In this document: in pieces, positions 48,929-61,700 of the stretch | Numbering within the stretch: the first letter of the stretch is position 1 | How the letters are laid out: every line of letters starts with the position of its first letter | NCBI RefSeq assembly: GCF_963921235.1 | Contig: NC_086108.1 | Coordinates: forward strand, 68,202,001-68,266,000 | From: Mobula hypostoma | Lineage: Eukaryota | Direction: 5' to 3' | DNA length: 64,000 bases | The notes under the pieces: generated by a model | Databases searched by the model: none | Seen by the model: the letters and a program-made list of their open reading frames with translations, nothing else | Told to the model about the DNA's origin: nothing | Made by a program: the position numbers and the translations under genes

Positions 48929-51900
48929 GATTTGAATAGATCGGCAGAAAGCCGTTGATTAGACAATCAAGATTTGAATAGCTCAGACTCAGCAGAAAGC
49001 AGCTTATTGGGCAGCTGAGGTCAGGTGACCAAACATTTTGAAAAGCTCAAACAGATAAATAGAGGGATAGCTCAAGCAAAGTGGCCAATGCGTGAGTGGG
49101 CCAGTGAAGGAGTGGCACTTTGAGGCTTTGACGGGAAGGAGCGGAGGACAAGCTAGCTCGCAGTTAGTTTTTACAATGTCTCCTGAGACGGTGATGTGCC
49201 TCTCATGTGAGATGTGGCAGTCTTGGGGGAACTCCCCTCTCCCGCAGAGTCACATCTGCCAGAAGTGCATACGGCTGGGCAATCTGGAAGACCGTGTAAG
49301 GAATCTGGAGCAGCAGCTGGATGACCTTCGACTCATAAGGAGAATGAGGCAGTCATAGATGAGAGCTACAGGGAGTTAGTCACACCTAGGCTGTTGGAAG
49401 TAAGTCGTTGGGTGACAGTCAGAGGGGGGGGAAGCAAAGGTGAGCAGACAGGTAGTGCAGAGCACCCCTGTAGCCATTCCCCTGAATAATAAGTTTACCG
49501 TCCTGGATACTGTTGGCGGGGACGACCGACCAGGTGTGAGCCACGGTGGCAGGGCCTCCGGCACTGAGTCTGACCCTTGGTGCAGAAGGGTGGGACGGAG
49601 AAGAGGAGAGCTGTCGTCATGGGAGACTCTATAGTCAGGGGAGCAGACAGCAGATCTTCTGGACATGAGAAGGACACCCGCATGGTTTGTTGCCTCCCGG
49701 GTGCCAGGGTCCGGGATGTCTCTGACCGGGTGCACGACATCCTGGTATGAGAGGGAAAGCAACCAGAAGTTGTGATACATGTTGGGACCAATGACATAGG
49801 CAGCAAGAGGGATGAGGTCCTGAAGTGTGAGTTTCGGGAACTAGGCAGAAGGCTGAAGAACAGGACCTCAAAGGTGGCGTTCTCAGGATTGCTGCCAGTG
49901 CTACGTGACAGTGATGGTAAGAATTGGAGGAGATGGCAGTTGAATGCGTGGCTGAGGAGTTGGTGCAGGGAGCAGGGTTTTAGATTTTTAGATCATTCGG
50001 ATCTCTTCTGGGGAAGGTTGGACCTGTACAGATTGGATGGGTTACACCTGAACTCGAGGGGGAGCAATATCCTTGCAGGTAGGTTTGCTAGCATGGTTCA
50101 GGAAGGTTTAAACTAATTTGCGAGGGGGATAGGACCCAGAGCGATAGAGTAGTGAAAGAAGTGCATGGAGTAAAGCCAGATCTAACATATTGAGAGGCTT
50201 TGAGGAAAGAGAAGCAGAATAAATGGTGTAAAGACAGTAAGGTAGAAGGGCTGAAATGTGTGTACCTCAATGCAAGAAGCATCAGGAACAAAGGTGATGA
50301 ACTGAGAGCTTGGATACATACATGGAATTACGATGTAGTGGCCATTACAGAGACTTGGCTGGCACCAGGGCAGGAATGGATTCTCAATATTCCTGGATTT
50401 CAGTGCTTTAAAAGGGATAGAGAGGGTGGAAAAAGGGGAGGAGGGTGGCATTACTGGTCAGGGATACTATTACAGCTACAGAAAGGGTGGGTAATGTAGC
50501 AGGATCCTCTTTTGACTCAATATGGGTGGAAGTCAGGAACAGGAAGGGAGCAGTTACTCTATTGGGGGTATTCTATAGGCCCCCTGGTAGCAGCAGAGAT
50601 ACAGAGGAGCAGATTGGGAGGCAGATTTTGGAAAGGTGCAAAAATAACAGGGTTGTTATCATGGGTGACTTTAACTTCCCTAATATTGATTGGCACCTGA
50701 TTAGTTCCAAGGGTTTAGATGGGGCAGAGTTTGTTAAGTGTGTCCAGGACAGATTCCTGTCACAGTATGTGGACAGGCCGACCAGGGGGAATGCCAGACT
50801 AGATCTAGTACTAGGTAATGAACCGGGTCAGGTCACAGATCTCTCAGTGGGTGAGCACCTGGGGGACAGTGACCACCGCTCCCTGGCCTTTAACATTATC
50901 ATGGAAAAGGATAGAATCAGAGAGGACAGAAAAATTTTTAATTGGGGAAAGGCAAATTATAAGGCTATAAGGCTAGAACTTGCGGGTGTGAATTGGGATG
51001 ATGTTTTTGCAGGGAAATGTACTATGGACATGTGGTCGATGTTTAGAGATCTCTTGCGGGATGTTAGGGATAAATTTGTCTTGGTGAGGAAGATAAAGAA
51101 TGGTCGGGTGAAGGAACCATGGGTGACAAGTGAGGTGGAAAATCTAGTCAGGTGGAAGAAGGCAGTAGACATGAGGTTTAGGAAGCAAGGTTCTGATGGG
51201 TCTATTGAGGAATATAGGGAAGCAAGAAAGGAGCTTAAGAAGGGGCTGAGAAGAGCAAGAAGGGAGCATGAGAAGGCCTTGGCGAGTAGGATAAAGGAAA
51301 ACCCCAAGGCATTCTTCAATTATGTGAAGAAAAAAAAGATGACAGGAGTGAAGGTAGGACCGATTAGAGATAAAGGTGGGAAGATGTGCTTGGAGGCTGT
51401 GGAAGTGAGCGAGGTCCTCAATGAATACTTCTCTTCGGTATTCACCAATGAGAGGGAACTTGATGATGGTGAGGACAATATGAGTGAGGTTGATGTTCTG
51501 GAACATGTTGATATTACGGGAGAGGAGGTGTTGGAGTTGTTAAAATACATTAGGACAGTTAAGTCCCCGGGGCTTGACGGAATATTCCCCAGGCTGCTCC
51601 ACGAGGCGAGAGAAGAGATTGGTGAGCCTTTGGCTAGGATCTTTATGTCCTCGTTGTCCACGGGAATGGTACCGGAGGATTGGAGGGAGGCGAATGTTGT
51701 CCCCTTGTTCAAAAAAGGTAGTAGGGATAGTCCGGGTAATTATAGACCAGTGAGCCTTACGTCTGTAGTGGGAAAGCTGTTGGAAAAGATTCTTAGAGAT
51801 AGGATCTATAGGCATTTAGAGAATCAGGGTCTTATCAGGGACAGTCAGCATGGCTTTGTGAAGGGCAGATCGTGTCTAACAAGCCTAAAAGAGTTCTTTG

Positions 51901-53088
51901 AGGAGGTGACCAGGCATATAGATGAGGGTAGTGCAGTGGATGTGATCTATACGGATTTTAGTAAGGCATTTGACAAGGTTCCACATGGTAGGCTTATTCA
52001 GAAAGTCAGAAGGCATGGGATCCAGGGAAGTTTGGCCAGGTGGATTCAGAATTGGCTTGCCTGCAGAAGGCAGAGGGTGGTGGTGGAGGGAGTACATTCA
52101 GATTGGAGGATTGTGATTAGTGGTGTCCCTCAAGGATCTGTTCCGGGACCTCTACTTTTCGTGATTTTTATTAACGACCTGGATGTCGGGGTAGAAGGGT
52201 GGGTTGGCAAGTTTGCAGACAACACAAAGGTTGATGGTGTTGTAGATAGTGTAGAGGATTGTCAAAGATTGCAGAGAGACATTGACATTGAGAAGTGGCA
52301 GATGGAGTTCAACCCAGAGAAATGTGAGGTGGTACACTTTGGAAGGACAAACTCCATGGCAGAGTACAAAGTAAATGGCAGGATACTTGGTAGTGTGGAG
52401 GAGCAGAGGGATCTGGGGGTACATGTCCACAGATCCCTGAAAGTTGCCTCACAGGTGGATAGGGTAGTTAAGAAAGCTTATGGGGTGTTAGCTTTCATAA
52501 GTCGAGGGATAGAGTTTAAGAGTCGCGATGTAATGATGCAGCTCTATAAAACTCTGGTTAGGTCACACTTGGAGTACTGTGTCCAGCTCTGGTCACCTCA
52601 CTATAGGAAGGATGTGGAAGCATGTGAAAGGGTACAGTGGAGATTTACCAGGATGCTGCCTGGTTTAGAAAGTATGCATTATGATCAGAGATTAAGGGAG
52701 CTAGGGCTTTACTCTTCGGAGAGAAGGAGGATGAGAGGAGACATGATAGAGGTGTACAACATAATAAGAGGAATAGATAGAGTGGATAGCGAGCGCCTCT
52801 TCCCCAGGGCACCATTGCTCAATACAAGAGGACATGGCTTTAAGGTAAGGGGTGGGAAGTTCAAGGGGGATATTAGAGGAAGGTTTTTTACTCAGAGAGT
52901 GGTCGGTGCGTGGAATGCACTGCCTGAGTCAGTGGTGGAGGCAGATACACTAGTGAAGTTTAAGAGACTACTAGACAGGTATATGGCGGAATTTAAGGTG
53001 GGGGCTTATATGGGAGGCAGGATTTGAGGGTCGGCACAACATTGTGGGTCGAAGGGCCTGTACTGTGCTGTACTATTCTATGTTCTAT
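48929..53088 (+). mobile_element. Apparently full-length, young CR1 LINE
   Basis: 5' UTR repeats, frameshifted ORF1 49176-50116 (CLSC..HICQKC, HVGTND, DGLHLN), ORF2 50200-53027, ttctatgttctat tail. Confidence 0.96.
50200..53027 (+). pseudogene. CR1 ORF2 APE-RT; one frameshift near 50445, 860 aa open, FADD changed to FADN
   Basis: YLNARSIRNK, AITETW, YRPP, GDFNFP, SDH, then RT motifs. Confidence 0.95.
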
Positions 53089-53101
53089 ATATATAGTTTG
53101 G

Positions 53102-53127
53102 GTGCCCAAGACATTTGCACAGTACTG
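53102..53127 (-). repeat. Right TIR of the MITE
   Basis: gtgcccaagacatttgcacagtactg|TA. Confidence 0.9.
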
Positions 53128-54894
53128 TATGAACCAATGTAGCACAGAGAGTTCGTAAATTTGGTGAGAGCAAAGAATGTTGGGATTGGCAAGGGCAAAG
53201 TACCATGGAATGGGTGTGGGACAGGAGGCAAAGAAGTGCCAGTGGTGGAGGGTGGCATGGGTGGAGTCGCACTCAGCCCTGAGACACCTTGCAAGGTAAT
53301 TTGATTCCAAACAATTGGTTTATTGATCATTACAGAATGTTTCTCTGGTGCTTCCTGCACCCCCTCCTCTTCCCTCCCCCTTTCCCAACTATGATTCCCC
53401 TCTCCCTGCCCCCTTCCCACTCTTTGTCCACAATACAGACACATATCAGAATCTGGCTTATCATCAGTCGCATATGTCATGGGATTTGTTTTTTTGCAGC
53501 AGCAGTACAGGGCAATACATAATATATATACCCAAAACTTCTGCATAGTACTATACATACATACCACTGGTAGTGACAGAAAATTATCAGTAAAATGTGA
53601 CAAATAGTAAGGTTTTGTATCAGAAAGTACCAATTGTTTTATAAAAACAATATTGGCAATGAGCAGTTAGAATAAGGTGTAGTAAGCATCTACTAAATGG
53701 TCAATAATCAATAAATCTATTGGTAGCAAGGCATTTATCTTCCAACTCAACAGCAATGTTGCAAAGGTATCTTTTCTTCTAACGCCTGAGAATAAACTTC
53801 ATAAATAAAAACAATTGTTTTTTAAGTTGATTTTTAAATACACCAAAAAATAATGTAGATCAAATACCATTGTTCTAAGATCAAACATTTGATAGTCCAT
53901 AGTGTCAAACATTAACAACTGGATCTGACAGAACTGTCAAAACCTGCTGAATTCTTCTTCACCATTGCATCACTATTGATATTGGAAACAGATTTAAGGG
54001 TAGGTCCAGCTGTTTTATTTATGGTTATCTGAATGTAGATTTTAGTAAATAGAATTTTAAATTCTTGTTGATTGAAAAGACTGTAATGACTAGTAGCTAC
54101 TGCAAAATATTTACCCACTTCATAACCCCAACTATAGCAATTAAAACTTTATGCACAAATATGTCTAAGTGATTATAATTTTACTCCATTGAATCTTGCA
54201 ATTTCATTTTAAGATGTCTATTAAGATGTGTTTTTTAAATAACACTACAATATTGAAAATAATTGATCATATTTTAAACTTCATTGAAAACATTTATGTG
54301 GGCTTTTAAGTTCAGATCAAATCATGTAATAATGGAAATGGTCACATTAACAATTGGATTTTAAGTGAGTGCTTGCCAACATATTTTTTCTTAAATTTGT
54401 GGAATTGGCAAGTATAAAATTACAGGGGCAGGTTACTTCTGTAGTCAAGTGTTTTGTAGTGACTACGAGAAAGATTCAGAATGCATTATTGTTTCCCAGC
54501 AACACTCACTCACTCACTCGCTTGCTTACTTGCATCAAGAAGCAAAGGTCTGGATGTGACCTGATTTCCCAAATACTACTTTCACTTACTGGTTAAGGAA
54601 AGAGCGGCAGAAATATCCCAGGAAATTACCTGGCTAAACAGCTTTGGAAAAGTAGCACTGGCTTTCCACGATAATTTCCTAACATTGTGGAGACTGGTTG
54701 TGTAGGAAGTAAGTTATGGGGAGTGTTACGTGAAAATATCAGGAAAGGATCTAGGCGTACAATTTATGATTTGTCAGAAACATTATTAAGAGGATATTAA
54801 TTAGATGATTGTAATGGGATAGCATATTATGCCTCAATAGTTGAAACCACCAGAGTGATGTTGGAAAGTTAAAGCAGGTATCAACCTCGGGATG

Positions 54895-55300
54895 GATAAA
54901 CAAGAGACTGCAGATTCTGGAATCTAGAGGCAAAAATGAACTATTGGAAGAGCTCCAAGTCCAGTGGGTCAAGCAGCATGTGAAGAGGGTAAAGGAATCG
55001 TTTATGTTTCAGGCCGACACCCTGTATTAGGGCTGAGAGTCAAGAAAGAAGGCAGCTGGTATAAATTTGAGGTGGTAGACTTGATATCACTGGGTCGTAG
55101 ACTACTCAGATGGAATATGAGGCTTTGTTCATGTAGTTTGCATTGGGCCTCACCCTAGCAGGAGAGAAGTCCACAAGGGACATGTTAGGGTAGGATTGGG
55201 AAGGGGAGTTGAAAAGGCTTGCAACTGGGAGTTCAGGGTTGACCATTTTAGACAGAGTGCAAATGCTCTCCCAAGTGGTGATATGCTATTGGTCTCACTA
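54895..55300 (-). mobile_element. Old Penelope-like fragment with very degenerate hammerhead (about 54998-55035)
   Basis: Reverse-complement similarity to 9150-9410 and to the pLTR pieces. Confidence 0.65.
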
Positions 55301-55609
55301 ACATATTCTAATATGGTTAATAGAATTTCAGGCAGGTGACTTGATTAAAACATTATATGCTGTTGGACATTGTTGCATCTGTCCTGTGGCATCAGTGCAT
55401 TATCATATTGGTGCAAATTTGCCTGGAGCAATTTCAGCCTGTGGTCTTCATCTCTTATCTGAACATGCCCATTTAAGCACAAAAGTTTGGAAACTCCAGT
55501 CTAGAATAATGACAAATTCCATGAGTGAATCAAATTATCGGCAAGTGAGTGATTCAATGACTCTAACATTCCAAGTTAGTGTATGCAGAAATAACTCATA
55601 AAACGGGAC

Positions 55610-56345
55610 ACGAGGAACAGGCCCTTCAGCCCACTGTGTCTATGTTGACCATGATACCAATCCAAATTAATCTCTTCTGCCTGCTCAAGGTTGATATCCT
55701 TTCAGTCCCTGTTCATGTGCCTGTGTCAACATTTCTTTAACAGCTCTATCATATCTACTTGAACAACTTCTGGGAGTTATTTCCGGGCACCTGTCACACT
55801 CTGTGTAAAATAAACTTGGTTGTCCTTAAGATACTTCCCCTCTTATCTCAAAGCTATTGACATTTCCACCCGGAGGAAAAGACTCTATCTATCCTATCTA
55901 TGTCACTCATCTTTTTATACACTTCTAACAGATCACTCTTTATCCTCCAAAGCACCACAGAACAATCTGTAGTTCAATGCTCCTAATGATCCTACCATTT
56001 AATGTATACTTTCCTTTTGTACTTTACTTTTCCAAGAGCAATATCTCATAATTGTCCAGGTTAAATACCAGCTGTAATTTCTCTACCTACATTTCCAACC
56101 ATTCTATAACATATTATATGGAATTCTTTGGCAACCTTCCTCACTGTCCACAACTCCACCAGCTTTTATTTTGTCTGCAAACTTATTAATCATCCCATCT
56201 ACCTTTTCATCCAAATCCTTTATATATGCACAAGCTAATTTTTAATCCACAGATCACAAGTACCTCAATCTTCTGGATCAACCTATATGAGGAACCTTGT
56301 TGAAAACTTCACTAAAGTCCATGTATACATAATTTATCTATTTTC
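55610..56345 (-). mobile_element. Old CR1 fragment
   Basis: MDFSEVFNKVPH and KFADK remnants plus a CR1-like 3' UTR. Confidence 0.65.
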
Positions 56346-56769
56346 CCTGATCAGTAATGCATTCCCCCCCCCCCCCCCGCCAACCTCTAACATCCCTCTC
56401 TACACATTTGAAACATCTGAATCCTGGAAAAATTAGCTATCAACCGTACTCTTCTGTCAACCAATAGCTGGTAATAGCTACAACATTGTACTTTTGTGTA
56501 CTAATCCTGGCCTTAAGGATTATACACATCCTTAACACATCTATTACACATAATACACATAATTTGTTTTATTTTATGTGTATTCTATTTTACACATAAC
56601 ACATATTCCATTGAAATACATACACCTCAAACTATCAGCCCCATCATGTTCATCAGTTCTTATCATCTTGGTCCAACCAGTCCTTACTTGAGCTAACCTC
56701 TTCCTTTTAAGATTCAACTTGAAATGGTATAATGTTATTTCCAGCACACAAATGTAAAAGAGAACAAAA

Positions 56770-57258
56770 TAGTTGTTACTCCAAATCCAATGTACCAATG
56801 TAAAGAAGGGTTTGAGTGGTGTGAGTTCTCCTAAATTCGATAACTATCTCCTTTGCCCTGTTGACATTAAGGAAAAAATTAGTTGCCTGGCGCCAAGCCT
56901 TGAGCTGTTCCACCTGGTCTCTGTAGGCTGTCTCATCGTTGTTGGTAATGAGCTCCACCAATGTTGTGCCATCAGCGAACTTGACATTGTGATTACTCAG
57001 GTGTCTGACTATGCAGTCATATGTGAACAGAGCATACAGCAATGGTCTCAGTACACAAACCCTTGGGAGGTCTCGTATTGGAGCACACCCCACCGATGGG
57101 AGGGAGGAGCCGTTGTGCATCCTTATCTGAAGTCTTTTGGTTAGAAAGTCCAACACACATTTGCACAGTGGTGCATTTAGATCGAGGAGAAAGAATTGGT
57201 TCGCCAAGATCTGTAGGACAGCAGTGTTGAATGCCAAACTGAAATCCAGAAACATCTT
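56770..57258 (-). mobile_element. Rex1/Babar-like RT fragment
   Basis: FLDFSLAFNT..CVLRPLLYALFTYDC..VKFADGTTLV. Confidence 0.85.
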
Positions 57259-58081
57259 CTGCTCAAACTATAATATCTATAATTCTATAATAAATTAAGT
57301 TAGTTCTTGCTGGGGGATATCTGATTTTAAATTAAAAGAGTAAATTGTGCTTGCAAATGATGATGCATTTTTAGTATTCTTTTTGAGAATAAATATATAA
57401 ATTGAAAGAGAGAGTCAATTCTATTCAGCTCTTTCCTAAATTAACCGTTTGAAGGTGCAATACAAAGTCCTGAAACAATCAAAGTCTAGAAGGAAGATGA
57501 CATGGCTACTGAAGAAACTCACCCTGTCAACTGGAAACCAGAGATCATCAAGAGGAAGAGATCTTAAGAAATTCATTTCTTGCAGTTTTGTTTTCCATCT
57601 GGCTGGAAATGTTTCAAATTTAGTTTATCTTGGTTATACATTGCATCCTATAATAAATTGTACAAATCTGGAAAAAAAAGGAAGTTCTGAATACTGACAA
57701 CTCATTAGAGTGGGAAATTAACTGAAAGTTCACCATTCATACACTGCATTATTACACAATCAAATATTTCAGTGATTCCAAAATACTAAACAGTGATTCT
57801 ATTTTAAAAACTAATTCAATATTTATACCTATTCTATTAATATAATACAGATTATAAAACTGGAAGAAAACTAGTCTCATTCTGTTTTAGGTGTCAAAGT
57901 AGTCTATCCATAACATCAAATTGCCACCAAGCATGAATTCATTTTTATTTTAAAAAAACACATAAGAAATAAGTGTCATTTTGATACTCTTAAAGATCTT
58001 CCTTTATGCAAGTTAACAAGATAATCTAACTTCAGTGGTTTAATACAACCCTTGTTAAGAGAGCATTAACTTATGCATTAA

Positions 58082-58792
58082 GTACCTCGTGTACCTATCA
58101 AAGTGCCGCTGAGTGAATGTCTATGGTCTGCTGCTGTTGTAGCCCATCCGCTTCAAGGTTCAGCATGTTGTCATAGTCATAGTCATACTTTATCGATCCC
58201 GGGGGAAACTGGTTTTCGTTACAGTTGTACCATAAATAATAAATAGTAATAAAACCATAAATAGTTAAATAGTAATATGTAAATTATGCCAGTAAATTAT
58301 GAAATAAGTCCAGGACCAGCCTATTGGCTCAGGGTGTCTGACCCTCCAAGGGGTCAGACTTCTTCTGCACACCACTGCTGTAGCACACGATTATTTGAGT
58401 TACTGTTGTCTTCCTGTCAGCTTGAACAAGTCCAGTCATTCTCCTCTAACTGCTTCATTAAACAAGGCATTTTCACCTACAGAACTGCCTCTCGCTGGAT
58501 GTTATTTTTCTTTGTTTTTTTTTTGTACCATTCTCCGTAAACTCCAGATACTGTTGTGTGTAGTTTCTGAGATAGTCAAACCACTCCATCTGGCACCAAA
58601 AATCATTCCATGGCCAAAGTCACTTAGATCACATTTCTTCACCATTTAGATGTTTGGTTTGAAGAATAACAGAATCTCTTGCCTATGCCTGCATGCTTTT
58701 ATGTATTGAGTTGCTGCCACATGATTGGCTGATTATATATTTGCATTAATGAGTAGATGTACAGGTGTGACTAATAGTGGCCACGAAGTGTA
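58082..58792 (+). mobile_element. Degraded non-autonomous Tc1-like element with a nested short LINE 3' end (about 58170-58352, minus, gtcata tail repeats)
   Basis: Related motifs gtgtacctatcaaagtgccgctgagtg and gtgtgactaatagtggccacgaagtg|TA. Confidence 0.5.
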
Positions 58793-59034
58793 TTTCATCT
58801 GTTTTCCCTCTCGTAAACAAATATGTTTACTGCCTTAGATAAAATGGCATGAATAAATATGGGTAATTACTTTTTCCCAAATGTACCTGTCTTATTTGCA
58901 GTTCAGCCGTAAGTTTTGAAGTCATCCTGTGTTAAGATTAGACCTGTGCCACAGGAAAGTACTGTGCACAATTCAGGTCACAAGAATACAGAAGCAACTG
59001 ACAGCACTAGAGAATGCCTGGAGAAGTCTTAAGA

Positions 59035-60075
59035 GGTTCAGAATGAGAATCAGCATCAGGTGTAATATCACCAGCATATGTTGTGAAATTTGTTGTCTTT
59101 GGAACAGCAGTACAATGCAATACAAAATAATAGAAAAAATGTAAATTACACTAAATATATGTCTATAAAATAGTTAAATTAAATAAGTAGTGCAAAAATA
59201 GAAATAAAAAGATAGTGAGGTGGTGTTCATAGATTCAATGTCAATTCAGAAATCAGATGGCAAAGGAGAAGCTGTGCCTGAATCATTGAGTGTGTGCCTT
59301 CAGGCTCCTGTACCTCCTTCAGGATGGTAGAAATGAGAACAAGACACGACCTGGGTGATGGGGGTTGCTAATGAAGGATACCACCTTTTTGAGGGGTCGC
59401 TCCTTGGAGATGTCCTGGATACTATTGCCATGATGGAACTAAAGCTTACAACTCTCTGCAGCTTATTGTGATCCCGTGCAGAAGCCCCCTCCCATCCCCC
59501 CCCCCCATAACCAGATGGTGATGCAGCCAGTTAGAATGTTCTCCACAATACATTTGTAGAAATTTGCAATTGTCTTTAGTGACATACCAAATCTCCTCAA
59601 ACTCCAAATGAAGTATAGCTGCTGTCATGCCTTCTTTGTAGCTGCATAGATCCTTTGACATCTAGGAACATGAAATTGCACACTCTTTCCAGTTCTGATC
59701 CCTCTATGAGGACTGGTGTATGTTCCCTTGTCTTCCCCTTTCTGAAGTCCATAATCAGTTCTTTTGTTTTACTGAGGTTGAATGCAAGGTTGTTGCTGCG
59801 GCACCACTCACCTAGCTGATATACCTCGCTCCTGCTGAATTCTGCCAACAACATCATCGGCAAATTTATAGATGGCATTTGACCTGCGCCTAGCCACACA
59901 GTCAGGGATGTAGAGAGAGCAGAGTAGTGGGTTAAGCACACATCCCTGAGATGCCAGTGCCAATGTTAAATGTCAGTGAGGTGCAAATGTTATTTTCAAT
60001 CCACACAGATTGTGGCTTTCCGGTTAGGAAGTCAAGGATGCAGTTGCAGAGGGAGGTAAGAAGCCAGGGTTGAAA
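59035..60075 (-). mobile_element. Rex1/Babar-like LINE 3' part
   Basis: ORF 59597..59941 (EWCRSNNLAFNLSKTKELIMDFRKGK), closely similar to 13454..13768. Confidence 0.85.
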
Positions 60076-60144
60076 ATTTAAGTTATCAGGAGAGAGTGAC
60101 TAAGTTGGGAGTGCTTCCTTTGGAATGAAAAGATTTAGAATGGA

Positions 60145-60320
60145 CAACACACACAAAATGCTGGAGGAACTCAGGAGGCCAGGCCAGGACCTGTTGAAGG
60201 GTCTCTGCTCAAAATGTTGACTATGCTCCTTTCCATAGATGCTACCTGGCCTGCGGAGTTCCTCCAGCATTTTGAGGGTGTTGCTTGGATTTCCAGCATC
60301 TGAAGATTTTCTCTTGTTTG
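60145..60320 (+). repeat. Solo Penelope pLTR with an inverted duplication around a hammerhead-like motif
   Basis: Arms 60145-60183 and 60245-60283; motif CTGTTGA-agggtctctgctc-AAAA-tgttgact at 60191-60222. Confidence 0.75.
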
Positions 60321-60439
60321 AGATATGGAACGGTGATCTTATTGAGGCTTGGACAGAATGAAGGACAACTTATTCATTGTGCAGATGGGTAACTTAGCGG
60401 AAACTTTAATGGTATTGGATGATGTTACTTGCAAATTTC

Positions 60440-60698
60440 TCAGAGCTAAAATTGTCCTAATTGCTGCTGCAAAAGGAGGAGGATTGGGCATGGGGCTAGC
60501 AACCCCATCCTGTAATAAACCCAGAACTACAGAATCGCCAACAGAAGCTCCAAAGACCTGATCCCTGGGCAGGAAAGGATACACCAAGAAAACATGCAAT
60601 GCCTGGGGGCAACTTGAAAGACTGCCCAGATCACAAAATTTGGTGAACTGCTATTGGCGGCCTATGCCCAAGTAGGGCTGATGGGCTTAAGTAAGTAA
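60440..60698 (+). mobile_element. RTE-derived short element
   Basis: GGATTGGGCATGGGGCTAGCAACCCCATCCTGTAA (RTE 5' UTR-like) and GGCGGCCTATGCCC..TAAGTAAGTAA (RTE 3'-like). Confidence 0.55.
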
Positions 60699-60799
60699 AA
60701 ATGTATGTAACATGAATATTAGACTACAAAAGATGCATACTTTCCATTTTCACAATAAATTTTATAAATGTAGATGTTTACAGCAAATGAAATGTTACA

Positions 60800-61700
60800 T
60801 TGTAAAATATCTCAAGGCAGATTGCTATGGGATTACTGGACAAAACTCAAGATTAATCCAAAGAAGCAGATGAAATAGTGACCATAGTGGTAGGTTTTAT
60901 TGAGCACTATGTTTTGAAAAGAGGTGGAAAACAAAAGAGGTTTACAAAAGGAATTTCAGACTTTAGGTCCAGAAGAATGAAGACACAGTTGACAATTCAC
61001 AGATATTAGGAGAACAGGATATATATATATACCCAGAGTGGAGGGAGTTAAAGGTAAAAAGCAAAGGTCAAGGTTATGGATCTGAGGAGCTACTTATTTA
61101 ATAAAGGACTGAAACACTTGATATGAATTTTTAAATTGTTTTGTTGATGGAACAGATCCAATAAAGGTCAAAGCATTGGAGTGAATAGGGTTTAGTGCCC
61201 CATTAAAATTGGAGCAGCAGGGATTTAATTCAGCAGAAATTTAATAGAGAATGGATAATGATATCCAGCTTGGAGAACATTGGAACAGTTGGCTTTAGAG
61301 GTAACAAATAATGAATGTATTTTGGTACCAGTTGGGGCAAAGAATAACATGGCACAATCTTTAGAAGGTGGTCTCTGATGCAGAAAATATAGGCTCAATT
61401 AACTGTATCAAAATAATTAACATGTATGTTTAAACAGACTGTTTTTATTACTGTTTATATCTACTGTTTTGGCACAGTAGAGCTGATGTCATCATTGTAC
61501 ATATGAAGTTACCCAGGAGCCAACATGTACACCTTTGTAGATAAGAAATAGGAGAGGGTCAAGGATAATTACTTGAGAGATTCTAAAGTAACAATGTATG
61601 GGAGGCAAATCCATGACATAAGATTCCTTTGCTATGACTTAGTATAAGAATAGAAACAGGTCAAGTAACAATGAAAAATGCCAAGAACAGTCTTTGTGAG
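60800..61700 (-). mobile_element. Very old L2-like RT remnant
   Basis: Minus strand ISQVIILDPLLFLIY and HMYNDD near 61490-61580; outer limits uncertain. Confidence 0.45.

Noticed and set aside
50445..53027. 860 aa RT ORF as an active LINE or a novel RT system (retron, DGR, group II intron)
   Set aside because: Ordinary CR1 APE-RT; frameshifted near 50445, FADD mutated to FADN, and ORF1 disrupted
53912..54118. Minus-strand ORF as an exon
   Set aside because: Weak donor site and unrecognised peptide
56364..56378. Poly-C run
   Set aside because: Simple homopolymer with no further structure
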